IMG/VR virus record: IMGVR_UViG_3300048930_001331
DNA: 64,000 bases
Reading direction: 5' to 3' (one strand)
From: an uncultured virus (IMG/VR IMGVR_UViG_3300048930_001331)
Taxonomy: Duplodnaviria; Heunggongvirae; Uroviricota; Caudoviricetes
Shown here: positions 35,067 through 45,556 of the stretch, piece by piece
Numbering within the stretch: the first letter of the stretch is position 1
Layout: each line of letters opens with the position of its first letter
The notes under the pieces: model-generated
Database searches by the model: none
Told to the model about the DNA's origin: nothing
Seen by the model: the letters and a program-made list of their open reading frames with translations, nothing else
Program-made: the position numbers and the translations under genes

Positions 35067-36424
35067 TGCTCGATAACCTCTTCCTCGAATTCCGGATCAT
35101 CGAGCGATGTGTCAGCCTCGATCTCGGCGAACTCTTCCTCCTGCGTGCGCTCAGACGAGATGATCTCGCCACGCTGCAGGTTCTCGAACATCGTGGTGCG
35201 GCTGATGCCGCGCTGCTGCCAGAGCGACACGAGGCTGACGGCATCCGCCGGCGTCAGCGTGGTGTCGACGAACTTGAGGTTCGGCTTGACCAGAACCTGC
35301 TCAGGGTCAGCACCCATGAACATGGCGACGTGCCGGAGCGCCTTCTGAAGGCCGGCAGCTCCCGCCTTTGCAACGCTCGTCAGCGTCGCGGTCTGCGCAC
35401 CGTAGCGCAACCGCAGGGCCTCTCCGCTCTCGGCGTTCTTGCTGATGCTATCGAACATCCGGGCGCCCTCTGAGGCGGCTCGGTCCAGCTCCTTGTCGAT
35501 CGCCTTCTCGTGCGCGTCGATGCCAGTGCCATTCGGCCCGACGTACTCGGCGCGAGCGTTCTCCGGCAGCGCGATGACGACACCAGCCCCGACATACGGA
35601 GGCAGCTCGGTCTTATCGATGCCGCTGATGAACAGTGTGTCCTGGCCCGACATATACATCTGATGCCGATAGTCGGCGTCCAGCCGATAGGCCGCGAGTG
35701 CCGCATTGGCGACACCGATCAACGGTGGATCGTCCGGCTCATTGACGACATCGGTCGCGCCGATGATCGTGAATGGCACTTCTTCGAGAGCACGACCGCC
35801 TCTGGCAGTCGGGTGGAAGATCTGATCGGTCTTGCCGCTCTCCTCGACCGTGACCTGATAACGACCGCCCTTGAACTCGAGTGCCCGGAACTTCGGTGTC
35901 TCGACCCACTCATAGCCGTTGCGGACAAGTCCGCTCTCATCGAGCACGAAGAAGTCGTTGCTGTCCTCGTCCCAATTGATGATGGCCTCGGCCCAATAGC
36001 CGGCCAGGAATGGCAGCTCTGATCCCTGGGGTTCGGCGTCGGCCAGGAGCCCAAAGCGGCCCATGGTGAGCAATTCGGTCGTGATGTATCGGTGCAGTCC
36101 CTCGAGCGAGAGACCCTGCTTGGTTGCCTTCTGGCGCAGCGGCTCAAGCGCCGTGGGCAGCTCGATCTGCGCCTCCATGCGATGGATGACACCCACCATG
36201 CCGCGGATCGTCGGCCGCACGATACCGGGAAACTGAGCGCGCAGCAGATACGCGCTGTAGGCTGCGGTCCCACCATCCGGCTGCGCGTTGAAGCCAGATG
36301 GCTTCGGCAGATAGTCACCCTGCCTCTTCTTGACCGCCTTGGCGCCGCGGGAGGTGTCCCGCATGATGCGCCACTCGTCGATCCGGTCCCGGTAATCGGG
36401 GTGCTGATTGTCGAATGATGGCAA
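35063..36424 (-). CDS. Portal protein (DUF4055-like)
   Basis: HPDY..YLPKPS..YLLRAQF; AEAIINW; AESGEALRLR; follows TerL. Confidence 0.9.
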   Translation of the reverse strand: MPSFDNQHPDYRDRIDEWRIMRDTSRGAKAVKKRQGDYLPKPSGFNAQPDGGTAAYSAYLLRAQFPGIVRPTIRGMVGVIHRMEAQIELPTALEPLRQKATKQGLSLEGLHRYITTELLTMGRFGLLADAEPQGSELPFLAGYWAEAIINWDEDSNDFFVLDESGLVRNGYEWVETPKFRALEFKGGRYQVTVEESGKTDQIFHPTARGGRALEEVPFTIIGATDVVNEPDDPPLIGVANAALAAYRLDADYRHQMYMSGQDTLFISGIDKTELPPYVGAGVVIALPENARAEYVGPNGTGIDAHEKAIDKELDRAASEGARMFDSISKNAESGEALRLRYGAQTATLTSVAKAGAAGLQKALRHVAMFMGADPEQVLVKPNLKFVDTTLTPADAVSLVSLWQQRGISRTTMFENLQRGEIISSERTQEEEFAEIEADTSLDDPEFEEEVIEQ

Positions 36425-36439
36425 GGTTCGTCCGCCCTG

Positions 36440-37897
36440 TTAGTGGAGGCCGCCTACCGCGGCGGTGCCTGCTTGCGCTCGCCGTGTCGGCTCGATGGCG
36501 TAACGGACGGCGTCGATCACATGGTTCTTCTTCTCTTCCAGAACCGGCAGGATTTCCTTGGTCTTCTTGTCGACCTTGTAGCTGAACGACGTGAACTCAT
36601 CGATCGTGAACGGGCAGTCCTCGGAGATCACGATGTCGAGCGACTGCAGGAAGGTGATGCCCTCCTCGATCGAGTTAGCCCCCTTGAGCGCGCCCTTGAC
36701 CTTCGGGAAGCCGTGCCGGACCAGATAGTCGATCGTCTGTGGATCGCTTGAGTCAGCGATGATGGGCCAGGCCCTGGCGCCCTCAATCCCGCGATACTCA
36801 CGCTTCTGCTTCGCCGACAGCGCAGCAAAGCCCTGCGCATTCATCGCGTTGAGCTGCTCGTCTTTGACGCCGCCCCACAGGAACGGGATGTGGTCGATCG
36901 AGCAACCGACCTCGTATGCCTCGCGGTCGATGTAGAGCGTGCGACCGACGAGGAACATGCGGGACAGCACAGTCGGGTCAATGGAGAACCCGAAGTCGGC
37001 ACCGAAATAGAAACGAGCCGCCTTCTTGCGCGCGGCCGCAACGACCGCTGGGCTCTCGACCCGCACGTTCTTGAACACGCGCGCCTCGGACAGCTGCTCG
37101 TACTCGCCGAGCCAGATGTGCCGATACTTGTCGAGGTCGCGCCGGCGCATCGTCTCCATTTCGATGCGCAGGTTGTCCGGGAACCACGGATTGTCCCACC
37201 AGTTCGCCTTACGGACGATCTGCCAGGTCTCATAGTCGCCCATCAGGGATGGATCGGGCTCTGGCACATCCTCGGCCCGCAGCAGCACGTCGATCGGATC
37301 GGTCGGCTGATCGGGGTTCCAGCTGAACCACAATTCCGAGCCGGGCTTGCGGATGGTCGGGATCAGCTTGTCGAGCGAGCCCTGACTGACGCTCTGGGCC
37401 TCGTCGACCCAGACGATGTCGATGCCTTCCTTGGATTTGATGTTGCCGATGTTGTGCCGCAGGCCGTGGAAGAAGAAGCGGCAGCCATTGAGCCCGCGGA
37501 TTTCCTTCTCGGTGGAGCGGAAGAACCACCGCATCCCCATGTCGTCGATCTTGTCGTCCAGAACCTGCTTGGACGAGTCGGCGATGGAGAGCTGGATTTC
37601 GCGGCAGCACAGGATGCGGAGCCCGCGCGCCTTCTTGCCGTATTTCTTCTCCGCGACCTTGATGGCGGGATCGCCTGCCTCGAACCACCGGCCGCAGCCT
37701 GGCACAGCCAGGTAGCTGAAAGCCAGCATGACGAGGACGCCGGCAAATTGCTGCGTCTTGCCGCCACCACGGCCGCCCCACCAGCCCTTGTAACGAGCCC
37801 TGCGGAGCAGGTCCTCGAATGCCTCCGGCAGCTCAAGCTCGAACTCCGGGATCTGGGCGGCTTCGGTTTCAGGTCTTGACCGTAACGCCGTTGCCAT
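36440..37897 (-). CDS. terL: Terminase large subunit (PBSX-type)
   Basis: GGRGGGKT Walker A; CCREIQLSI; WVDEAQ Walker B; GADFGF; NHVIDAVRYA. Confidence 0.95.
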   Translation of the reverse strand: MATALRSRPETEAAQIPEFELELPEAFEDLLRRARYKGWWGGRGGGKTQQFAGVLVMLAFSYLAVPGCGRWFEAGDPAIKVAEKKYGKKARGLRILCCREIQLSIADSSKQVLDDKIDDMGMRWFFRSTEKEIRGLNGCRFFFHGLRHNIGNIKSKEGIDIVWVDEAQSVSQGSLDKLIPTIRKPGSELWFSWNPDQPTDPIDVLLRAEDVPEPDPSLMGDYETWQIVRKANWWDNPWFPDNLRIEMETMRRRDLDKYRHIWLGEYEQLSEARVFKNVRVESPAVVAAARKKAARFYFGADFGFSIDPTVLSRMFLVGRTLYIDREAYEVGCSIDHIPFLWGGVKDEQLNAMNAQGFAALSAKQKREYRGIEGARAWPIIADSSDPQTIDYLVRHGFPKVKGALKGANSIEEGITFLQSLDIVISEDCPFTIDEFTSFSYKVDKKTKEILPVLEEKKNHVIDAVRYAIEPTRRAQAGTAAVGGLH

Positions 37898-38327
37898 CAG
37901 GGCTGTGCTTGGGGCGAACGATCTTGATGATCACCCGACCGCCACCGGACGGGATCGGATTGTCGGGGTCGTTCTCGTGCGTCATGCGATCGCCGAACCC
38001 GCGATGCCTGGCCTTCTGGTTGAGCCACCATTGCGAGATGCTGAGGTTCTTGTCCCGCACCGCCGTCATGATGTTGGCTTCCGCCAGATCACTGACCTGC
38101 TCGTCGGCCTCCTGCCTGATCTTCTTCAGATCGGGATAGCGCTCAAAGTAGCCGTAGATGGTCGCGCGATCGCATCCGAGCTTTGCCGCAGCCTGCGTGA
38201 TGAGCCCGCCAGTGGACCGCAGGGCCTTGGCCACCTCCTCCTCGGAATAGCGCTGCTCCTTGCCACCTTCACCAGACGGTTCACCCTTCGGGTTCCGTCT
38301 CTTGGTCTGTGTTGTCTTTGCTGACAT
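37869..38327 (-). CDS. Terminase small subunit (HTH)
   Basis: AAAKLGCDRATIYGY HTH; directly upstream of TerL. Confidence 0.75.
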   Translation of the reverse strand: MSAKTTQTKRRNPKGEPSGEGGKEQRYSEEEVAKALRSTGGLITQAAAKLGCDRATIYGYFERYPDLKKIRQEADEQVSDLAEANIMTAVRDKNLSISQWWLNQKARHRGFGDRMTHENDPDNPIPSGGGRVIIKIVRPKHSPDGNGVTVKT

Positions 38328-38473
38328 TTCGCTACCGGCATCGCCGGCCCTTCTGCGTGCATCGCACGTATTTCCGCGCAGCCTTCGGCTGCTGGGTATT
38401 CACTCGCCGACCAAGGTTCCACGTTGCCGTCAGATGCGGTAATCTATGGTTCCATCCATCGGATCAGATCCAA

Positions 38474-38950
38474 ATGAAGATTGAATCGCCATGCAAACTG
38501 ACGCGCTCGCAGGACATAAAGCCCGGAGAGTTTTATGGCTTTTGGCCTGACAACGAGCTGTGCTTTGGCATCGCCATAACGGACGACGCTGGCTCCCAAC
38601 TCGGGTTTGAGTTCGTGAAATACAGCGCGCAGCAGAGCATCCCGATTGCTATCGAGCGCCAAGAAAATCAGTATTTGGTGACCTTCCCGGACGCTATCGT
38701 TCGGGTCGATCATCAGAGCATAACCGATGACATCAAACCCGGTGCGATCATAGAGGTTGGTGGCATCATGCTTATGGCCGCCTATCGGCACTTCGACAGG
38801 TTTGTAGCGCGGCTCGACACCGGAATCTTATGCTCTGTGCCTGATGGCCCACGGCTCGTCTACAACAGGTGGTCGCTCGGCGTAATGCGCGACGCGCGCT
38901 TTGAACCCCTATTCCAGTTTGACGCCACCGAAGCCAACAAGCGTGGCTAG
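38474..38950 (+). CDS. Hypothetical moron, opposite strand
   Basis: 158-aa ORF in visibly AT-richer sequence. Confidence 0.6.
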   Translation: MKIESPCKLTRSQDIKPGEFYGFWPDNELCFGIAITDDAGSQLGFEFVKYSAQQSIPIAIERQENQYLVTFPDAIVRVDHQSITDDIKPGAIIEVGGIMLMAAYRHFDRFVARLDTGILCSVPDGPRLVYNRWSLGVMRDARFEPLFQFDATEANKRG

Positions 38951-38959
38951 ATTGGCTGC

Positions 38960-40141
38960 CTAGCGCTTCTCCACGACCATCAGCTGATCGGCCGGATAGG
39001 CGCTGCGGTAAGGCCCCTTGCCGTGATGGAACCAGACTGACCAGACCATCTGACCGCTCACGGTTTCGACCGTCATGGCCATGCCGCCGTCTTTTGGAAC
39101 GACGACGTTGCCGACCTCAATTGCGGGCTCGGGGACCATGCTCACTCCTCCTGCCAGTAGCGCTCGAACCACCAGTCTTCATGCCACCCCCGCACGATCG
39201 ACCGGCGAGTGTCTCGACGCCATCGCGTGACGCTTCTGGGTGGCCTGTAGCGGCGCTCCGTGACCATCCGGATGGCATGACCGTCATGCTCAGTGAGTTG
39301 CCTGCATGTGACGCCCGATCGCATCATGGCCAGCAGATCGCGCCCGATTGACGTCACTCCTCGGAGACCTCGTACTTGTCGTTTGGGAAGCGGGCCATAA
39401 GCGCGGCCTTGGCCGTTTCGGCCTGCTCACGCTCACCGAATGGTGTTGCGAGTTCCCGCGTCTGGACGAGCTTGGGATCGTCTCCGAAGCTCACATACGT
39501 GCCGAGGTTCTTGACATAGAAGGACATGAAGGGCGCCTAGTCCGCTACGAACTCATCGATCGGCAGACTTTTCTGGCAGCCGATACAGAACATCCTGAAT
39601 GGACTATCCCTGCGCAGCGCCACGGTGACGGTGTTGCACCCGCCAGCGCCGAGCTTCGTGACGATGTTCACCGGCTTCTCATCGCCAATCCGATGGACAG
39701 GAAACGCCTTTCCGCCAGCCCCGATGTGACGGTAGCGAACAGGCTCAGCCTCTTCACATCCCGGACAGGTCACGAGACAGCGCGCGCCCATCTGGCAGCG
39801 CCTCGGGATTGATACGAGGCTCATGCCAGCTCCAGTTCGCGATCAGCCGGCGCGTCCTGGTGCTCGATGATGAACTCCTCCTCATCGACCAAGGGGCGAA
39901 ACAGTGTCGCCGCGAAGCTCGTTTCGGCGTAAACCGCGCCCTTCCAATACCCAATCACGGGATTGACGATCTCGCGCAGCAGGAGGCCGGTGATCGTCCC
40001 CACGGGGGTGATGTCGCGACGCACCTCACGAACCCGATAACGTCCACCCTTGACCGGAAAGACGACGCCCAGACGCACATTATCGGGATGTCTTTCCATA
40101 TTATCGGAGATGCATTCGACTTCCTGGCCGGGATAAAACAT
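38960..40141 (-). other. Cluster of small hypothetical ORFs (38960..39145 YodC-like; 39142..39357; 39354..39527; 39537..39824; 39821..40141)
   Basis: Overlapping start/stop codons; VGNVVVPKDGGMAMTV motif in the first. Confidence 0.55.
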
Positions 40142-40151
40142 GCTGGTTCGC

Positions 40152-40619
40152 CTACCCGTTTGGACCCGCGCCGCAGACACCGCAGCCGTCCGCCGTAGCG
40201 AGCGGATCGCCGCATGTTCCGCAGGTCATGCGGTCCTTGAAATGCGTTCCGGGCCGCAGCTTTCGGACGCTGACGATCTCGATCCCGGTCTCCTCCAGCC
40301 TTTGCTTCATGTCCGCGGTGCCGACACCGCCGGGAAACATGATCGCGATGTGAGGCTGCCCCTCGTCGATCATCTGCTGATTGCGGATCGGACCGGCAGC
40401 GTCACCGTGCCGGCCCCACTCGGCCTCGAAGCGCAGATGCGCGATCCCGCGCGCCAACGCCCACTGGTGAGCCAAACTGTCGATCCCTGGTGCCTTGCCG
40501 TCGATGACCTGGGTGATGTCGTCGCCCTGGCCCCGGAAAGCCTCGCGGATCGCGTCAAGCGCGACCCAGACCGACTGCCGGTCTCTTGCCTCTCGGGAGC
40601 CGAAGACCACCACCCTCAT
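40152..40619 (-). CDS. SLOG/YspA-like (DUF2493-like) protein
   Basis: VVVFGSR; GKAPGIDSLA; AAGPIRNQQM; FPGGVGTADM. Confidence 0.8.
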   Translation of the reverse strand: MRVVVFGSREARDRQSVWVALDAIREAFRGQGDDITQVIDGKAPGIDSLAHQWALARGIAHLRFEAEWGRHGDAAGPIRNQQMIDEGQPHIAIMFPGGVGTADMKQRLEETGIEIVSVRKLRPGTHFKDRMTCGTCGDPLATADGCGVCGAGPNG

Positions 40620-41440
40620 GCCGCCACCCTGAAGGTGGCATTCAGGTGCGCGATGATCGCCTTGGCGAGCCGATCCGTCTGATCGGCCACACCTTCCCCA
40701 TCATGCCGCGCGCGACGCTCTTCGGCACGCAGATCAAACAGCTGCATGGCATTGATGAGAGCCTGCCCGCGCCAGTGCGGACGAGCATCGATCGCGAGGC
40801 AGATTGCGCGGACGATGTGCCCTCGCAGCATTCCAATGTTGCCGTCTCTGGTCTTGGTAATGCAGCAGAGCGCATTGCCGAATATCTCGGTTCCGTACTG
40901 CTTGTAGAGCCTCGCGAGCTGCGCAGCCGAGAGGGTGTCTCCGGACTTCATGAAGCGTTGCGCCAGCGGATACTTGCAGACCGACACGCCGCAGACCGTC
41001 AGGACCTTGTGGAACTGTGCCGTCGCCTCGTCGCCGGACGCGAGCCGCGCGTGATAGAGTTGCAGCGGGCTCATCGCCGTCACCGTGCCGTTGACGGCGG
41101 CAAACATCTTGGCCTGCTTTACGTGATCGGCCTCGACCACCATGCAGGGAACCTGTGTGTGCCCGCGTAGCATCGCCGAAACAGTATGGTGTTGGCCATC
41201 CACGATGGCGTAGCCCGGCGGGATCGGAGAAACGATCAGCGGCGAGAACATCGACCAGTCGAATTCCCTCGCGATCTTGATGACGTTTTGCCTGCCCTTG
41301 CCGACGATCGGCCGCTGATAGCGCGTGTCCACATACAGGAGAGACACCGGTATCCATTGCAATATCGGGAGGTCGCCCGGCTCGCTTCCGGCCGGTCGCT
41401 CGAACTGAAATCCCTCGGGTTGAAACCTTCTGGTAATGGC
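40616..41440 (-). CDS. ParB N-terminal-like protein (DUF6551-like); start uncertain
   Basis: LYVDTRYQR; FSPLIVSP; YAIVDGQHH. Confidence 0.7.
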   Translation of the reverse strand, partial: AITRRFQPEGFQFERPAGSEPGDLPILQWIPVSLLYVDTRYQRPIVGKGRQNVIKIAREFDWSMFSPLIVSPIPPGYAIVDGQHHTVSAMLRGHTQVPCMVVEADHVKQAKMFAAVNGTVTAMSPLQLYHARLASGDEATAQFHKVLTVCGVSVCKYPLAQRFMKSGDTLSAAQLARLYKQYGTEIFGNALCCITKTRDGNIGMLRGHIVRAICLAIDARPHWRGQALINAMQLFDLRAEERRARHDGEGVADQTDRLAKAIIAHLNATFRVAA

Positions 41441-42093
41441 TCACAGCGTCCACTCTTCGGCTCTGCGCCGACCATCCGGGTGGTGGGCTGACCACCAAGC
41501 GAGCAGCTCACGTCGACCTATTGGCGGGTCCCCGAGAGCCGCGCTGAAGGGGCTTTTGTATCTCGGAGGCCCATCCCGCAGCGGGTCGTAAAGCGCGTTC
41601 CAGGCAATCGGCCTACTGGCCGGCTTGCCGTCATTGACCAGCGCCACCGCATTCAGTGGCGCCTTCGGTCCGTGATACCGTCGCAGTCCATCCAACATTG
41701 CGACAAAACTTCCTTACGCTGTCGCTCTTCCATCCAACCATGAAGCCGACACCGTGATCGGCTTCCACGACCATCTCGCCCTCGACGCGGATCGCACACT
41801 CGAACGCATCGCGATTACGCCGCGCACAAGCTCGAAGCGTGACGATCACAGGCCAACTGCCCTCTCCGTCGCCACTGCCTTCAGGCGGCACCAGACACGC
41901 CAGTCAGATGGCTTGGCGTCGGCTTCCGGACCGAACCTTCTCCATCTCCTGCGGATGCGACCCCAAACCCTTCGGTATTGTCTGGGCACGGACTTCCAGT
42001 GCTCACCGCAAATCCATTCCATGTCGGGCGTAACGGGATCGCCCTTGCGATCACCGCGCGTGCGACGACAGAATGGAATGATGCAATTGACCC

Positions 42094-42630
42094 TCATCGG
42101 AACGGCACCAGCTCTGAGCTGTAGGCGATGCGGCTCGGGTGCCGCGGGCTGCCGTCCTTGGTGAAGCCGAGGCACCACAGCTCACGACCATCGGCGCGCA
42201 ACATGAACACAACCCGATCGGAGTATGGTCTCAGCTTCGGATGCACCGAGCCGTAAGCGAGGATGATCTTGTCGGCGCGCCCCGCCAGTTCGCGGATATA
42301 GAGGGTGTTCTCGACGGTCTGCGGCTTCACTCCGGGCTTCAGCAGATCCTCCGGATGTGTGGCGCGATAATCCATCACGTTCACCTTCACCATTTCGGTG
42401 AAGCCGAAACGACGAGAGAACTCGATCTCTTTCCTGACCGTCAGGTCATCGCAGTCTGCTGCCGCGGTGCTGGGGTTCATACCGATCCAGAGCGCGGTCC
42501 CGGATAAACCTGGCCCACTCCACGTTCGCCTGAGTGTGTAGCGATAGCGCTCGCATGCGCTGAACCAAGCGTGGCCTTCCACGCCGGGCTGAAGCTTCAT
42601 CCTGACCTTGCCGCCGGGATCGTGTTTCAT
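42094..42630 (-). CDS. DUF1643-family protein
   Basis: YRYTLRRTW; IGMNPSTA; TKDGSPRHP. Confidence 0.85.
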   Translation of the reverse strand: MKHDPGGKVRMKLQPGVEGHAWFSACERYRYTLRRTWSGPGLSGTALWIGMNPSTAAADCDDLTVRKEIEFSRRFGFTEMVKVNVMDYRATHPEDLLKPGVKPQTVENTLYIRELAGRADKIILAYGSVHPKLRPYSDRVVFMLRADGRELWCLGFTKDGSPRHPSRIAYSSELVPFR

Positions 42631-43037
42631 GCTGCCGCCCGCATCTCGACCGGGATGTGCTCGCGGCAGAACCACTGACCCGGCTCATTACGCAGGATCG
42701 AGACACCGAACCCCCACGCCGCCCATTTGCCGCAGTGGCAGTAATGCTCGAATGCCTGACCGCCCTGACGGTCGAACCGCATCTCCCGAACTAGATTGAA
42801 CTCCGGAGATTGGTCCGGAGTGTAACCCTCGGACTCCGTAAGCTGCTTCTCAAGCTCGGCATACCGTTCGGGACTCGCCATCGTGGCGACCCACTTGTTT
42901 TTGCGGAAGGTGCCCCTGACCTTCGCGTCATCCCAACCGAGGATGAATTTCAGCACCTTGCTGGTGCGCAGCACGCGACCGTTCGTCTCGAACGCCGCCT
43001 CGAATTTCTTCGATCTGACAAGGACGATGCGCTTCAT
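42627..43037 (-). CDS. Hypothetical protein with HYCHCG motif
   Basis: Coupled ORF; HYCHCGKWAAWGFG..WFCREH. Confidence 0.6.
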   Translation of the reverse strand: MKRIVLVRSKKFEAAFETNGRVLRTSKVLKFILGWDDAKVRGTFRKNKWVATMASPERYAELEKQLTESEGYTPDQSPEFNLVREMRFDRQGGQAFEHYCHCGKWAAWGFGVSILRNEPGQWFCREHIPVEMRAAA

Positions 43038-43292
43038 ATCCGGAGAAGCCTCCGGATTTCCGCGAGAGTGTCGGCTTCCGCCTTGTGATCATGCGTGGGC
43101 GCCGTCCAGATCGCCATCAGGCGCCTGCGAGCTGCACGCAGCTTGAGCCTCTCAGGCCTGGAGAGCGTCTGAGGGATGTGAATTCTATCCGGAATATCAA
43201 TGATCTGGAGCATGAGAGCGACCCCGGACGACCGGCTCAATCGGGGTGGGGAACAGAAAATGGCCGCCCGAGGTCTGGGTGGAAATATGCTC

Positions 43293-43823
43293 CTATTTTC
43301 CACCTTTCGTCAAGCGAGACGGAATTCCTAGTTTTGGCCACTTCCGCTCGCGCAGCTCGATGTCTGCCGGGTCGGAGAATTCGCTTTCGCTTCGCACCTT
43401 GCGGCCGCGCACCGACATGCCGGCCAGATGCACGGTTTCGCGATCGCCAGACACGAGATGGTGCCACCACGGCAGCAGCTTCCCTGCATCGACGAGCCGG
43501 TACGCACAGGTGTCAGGAAGCCAGCCTTCGCGAACAGTCTCTGGTGTCAGCGAGACGCAATCGTCGAAATGTTGAGCCCTTGTGCGATATTTCGAGCACA
43601 TGCCTGTCACGCAGTCGAGCAGGCGGCACGCAACATCGGTATAGAACACATCCTTGTCGTCGTTGGGGTCGCTGAATTTCAGCAGGCAACAGCGCCCACA
43701 ACCATCGCAGAGCTGCTCCCACTCCGCTCGCGTCATCTCCTCCAGAGTCTTGGCCTTCCAAAAGGGCTCACCGGGTAACTGCGCACGCCTGCCAGGGCGG
43801 CCGGCTGGCACCGGCTGTTTCAC
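43293..43823 (-). CDS. YcgN/UPF0260-family cysteine-cluster protein
   Basis: FWKAKTLEEMTRAEWEQLCDGCGRCCLLK; WLPDTCAYRL; WHHLVSG. Confidence 0.88.
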   Translation of the reverse strand: MKQPVPAGRPGRRAQLPGEPFWKAKTLEEMTRAEWEQLCDGCGRCCLLKFSDPNDDKDVFYTDVACRLLDCVTGMCSKYRTRAQHFDDCVSLTPETVREGWLPDTCAYRLVDAGKLLPWWHHLVSGDRETVHLAGMSVRGRKVRSESEFSDPADIELRERKWPKLGIPSRLTKGGK

Positions 43824-44022
43824 GCAGCACCCCGATCAACCCTCCGGCCATACAGCTTCTCGCCGATCTGCCTGAGGAATTCACGCTCGGGCCAAGTCAG
43901 ACGGTCGTGATCCATTGGCACCACGAGGATGCCCTGATCATGGAAGCCGTTACGCTTCACCGATTCATAATCGACGGTCCGGCCAGCCGCCGGATAGTTC
44001 GTCCGAAGGCACTGAAGTCCGC

Positions 44023-44712
44023 TCATTCTGACATTCCGCACAAGCGCATGATCTCTTCACCAGACTGATAGCGATTATCCGGCAGCCCGCCTGCTTTCAA
44101 GAACTCTGAAAGCTGAAGACCGTTGCGGAACACCACAACCATGTAGAACTCGGTGTTCTCGCGCTCCTCGTTTGAGTCCTGGATCTGATTGTAGCGATCG
44201 CGCGCCTCACGAACCTTGGCAGCAAGCTCGTCCAGCGGATCGTCACGCTCGACTGCCAGGCCGTCACCAAACATGCGGAAGACGTCAGCGTGATCGAGAC
44301 CAGCGCCCGCCAGATCAAGGTCCTTGTCGCGCAGCATCCCGGCGAGGGCTTCCATGTCCCAATCGCCCTGCGCCTCCTGATTGTTCAGGAGGATGTTCAT
44401 TTCCTTCTCGATGTTCTCCGGGACGTCGATCACGGTTGCTTCGAGCGTGTAGTCCGGCGTGCCGGCCAACTCATCCAGGCTCTTCAGCCGCTGATGACCG
44501 CCGACGATGTTGCCGGTGCGCTCGTTCCAGATCACCGTACCGATCAGGCCGTGTTTCTTGAGACCGCCTTTCAGCTTGCGCTTCTGAGCTTCACCAAGGA
44601 CACGAGGATTGTAGGACGCATTCTTGAGCAGCGAGCGATGAATTTCCTTCGTCTCGCCGATCTGAAGCCCTTCATCCTTGAGACGCTTCGTCTTCTTAGG
44701 CTCCGATGCCAT
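44023..44712 (-). CDS. ParB/Srx-domain protein
   Basis: YNPR; IWNERTGNIVGGHQRL; EKEMNILLN. Confidence 0.85.
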   Translation of the reverse strand: MASEPKKTKRLKDEGLQIGETKEIHRSLLKNASYNPRVLGEAQKRKLKGGLKKHGLIGTVIWNERTGNIVGGHQRLKSLDELAGTPDYTLEATVIDVPENIEKEMNILLNNQEAQGDWDMEALAGMLRDKDLDLAGAGLDHADVFRMFGDGLAVERDDPLDELAAKVREARDRYNQIQDSNEERENTEFYMVVVFRNGLQLSEFLKAGGLPDNRYQSGEEIMRLCGMSE

Positions 44713-45373
44713 AGAAATCCCTGCGGGCTACGACGGCGCGCGCATACGGAAACATGCGGCAGAGCCGTTCAAAATCTTCCGGAAAGGTATCGTGCAGCCA
44801 CAAGAGGCTCGGCACGCTGAGGTCGACGCCGGTCGCGCTCTTGCCGGAACTTGGCGGCGGTTCGATTCCCTGCGTCTTCAGGTAAGCGAGCACATCGTAT
44901 TTGTGCCACTTGGCAATCGGATTGCGGATCGCGTCCCGGTAGGCGCTCGTCATGAACCGGCGGCGCCAACCGGAGTCGGCAGCCTTCGCGCCAGTCAGGA
45001 CGAAGGGGATGCCTGAGTCCTGCATGGCGAGCGAGTAAATATCGTTGAGCTTCCACTCCGGCATGCGCTCGGCCTTCGAGCCGAAGTCGCAATATTCGCC
45101 ATTGCGGACCAGCCGGGAGGCGAGCCAGTGCGGATAATACTCGATCCGCTCGATCTTGCCGCCCCAGCGGGACAGCGCTTTCTTCAGCTCTTGCTCCTGA
45201 CACTCGAGCCCAGGCACGAGATACATGAAGAAGGCCACCACGCTATCGAAGATCCGTGTCGCCATGTCCATGACGACCAGGCTGTCCTTGCCGCCGGAGA
45301 ATGCAACCAAAGCCTTGGGTGACTCTGCGCGAGCCCTTTCGAGTTCGCGCAGAGTATCGTGAATGATGGTCAC
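44696..45373 (-). CDS. PAPS-reductase-like (PP-loop) protein
   Basis: VAFSGGKDS PP-loop; GAKAADSGWRR; NPIAKW. Confidence 0.85.
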   Translation of the reverse strand: MTIIHDTLRELERARAESPKALVAFSGGKDSLVVMDMATRIFDSVVAFFMYLVPGLECQEQELKKALSRWGGKIERIEYYPHWLASRLVRNGEYCDFGSKAERMPEWKLNDIYSLAMQDSGIPFVLTGAKAADSGWRRRFMTSAYRDAIRNPIAKWHKYDVLAYLKTQGIEPPPSSGKSATGVDLSVPSLLWLHDTFPEDFERLCRMFPYARAVVARRDFYGIGA

Positions 45374-45382
45374 GAACGGCTA

Positions 45383-45499
45383 TTAGCCGCCGCCACCGCC
45401 GCCACCACGACGACCGCGCGCACCTCGCGCAGCGCGGCCTCGTGCCGCCTTCTTACGCGCCGGAGCCCGACGCGCCGCTCGCTTTACCTTGCGGGCCAT
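45383..45499 (-). CDS. 38-aa Arg/Lys/Ala-rich peptide ending in Gly7 (not in ORF track)
   Basis: GGAGGA SD 5 nt before ATG; MARKVKRAARRAPARKKAARGRAARGARGRRGGGGGGG; TAA TAG double stop. Confidence 0.8.
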   Translation of the reverse strand: MARKVKRAARRAPARKKAARGRAARGARGRRGGGGGGG

Positions 45500-45556
45500 T
45501 TTAGTCCTCCATTGTTGATGAAAGCCGGGGGATGGGTTGCCCGGCGGGCAGTCGCT

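Noticed and set aside
37620..37730. Intein or intron in TerL (extra segment after Walker A)
   Set aside because: Only ~25-30 aa, with no splice-junction His-Asn or endonuclease motifs; likely a loop insertion.
29966..37879. Long plus-strand ORFs (29966..30946, 30931..31968, 36890..37879)
   Set aside because: Antisense to capsid, scaffold and TerL; typical high-GC shadow frames with no motifs.
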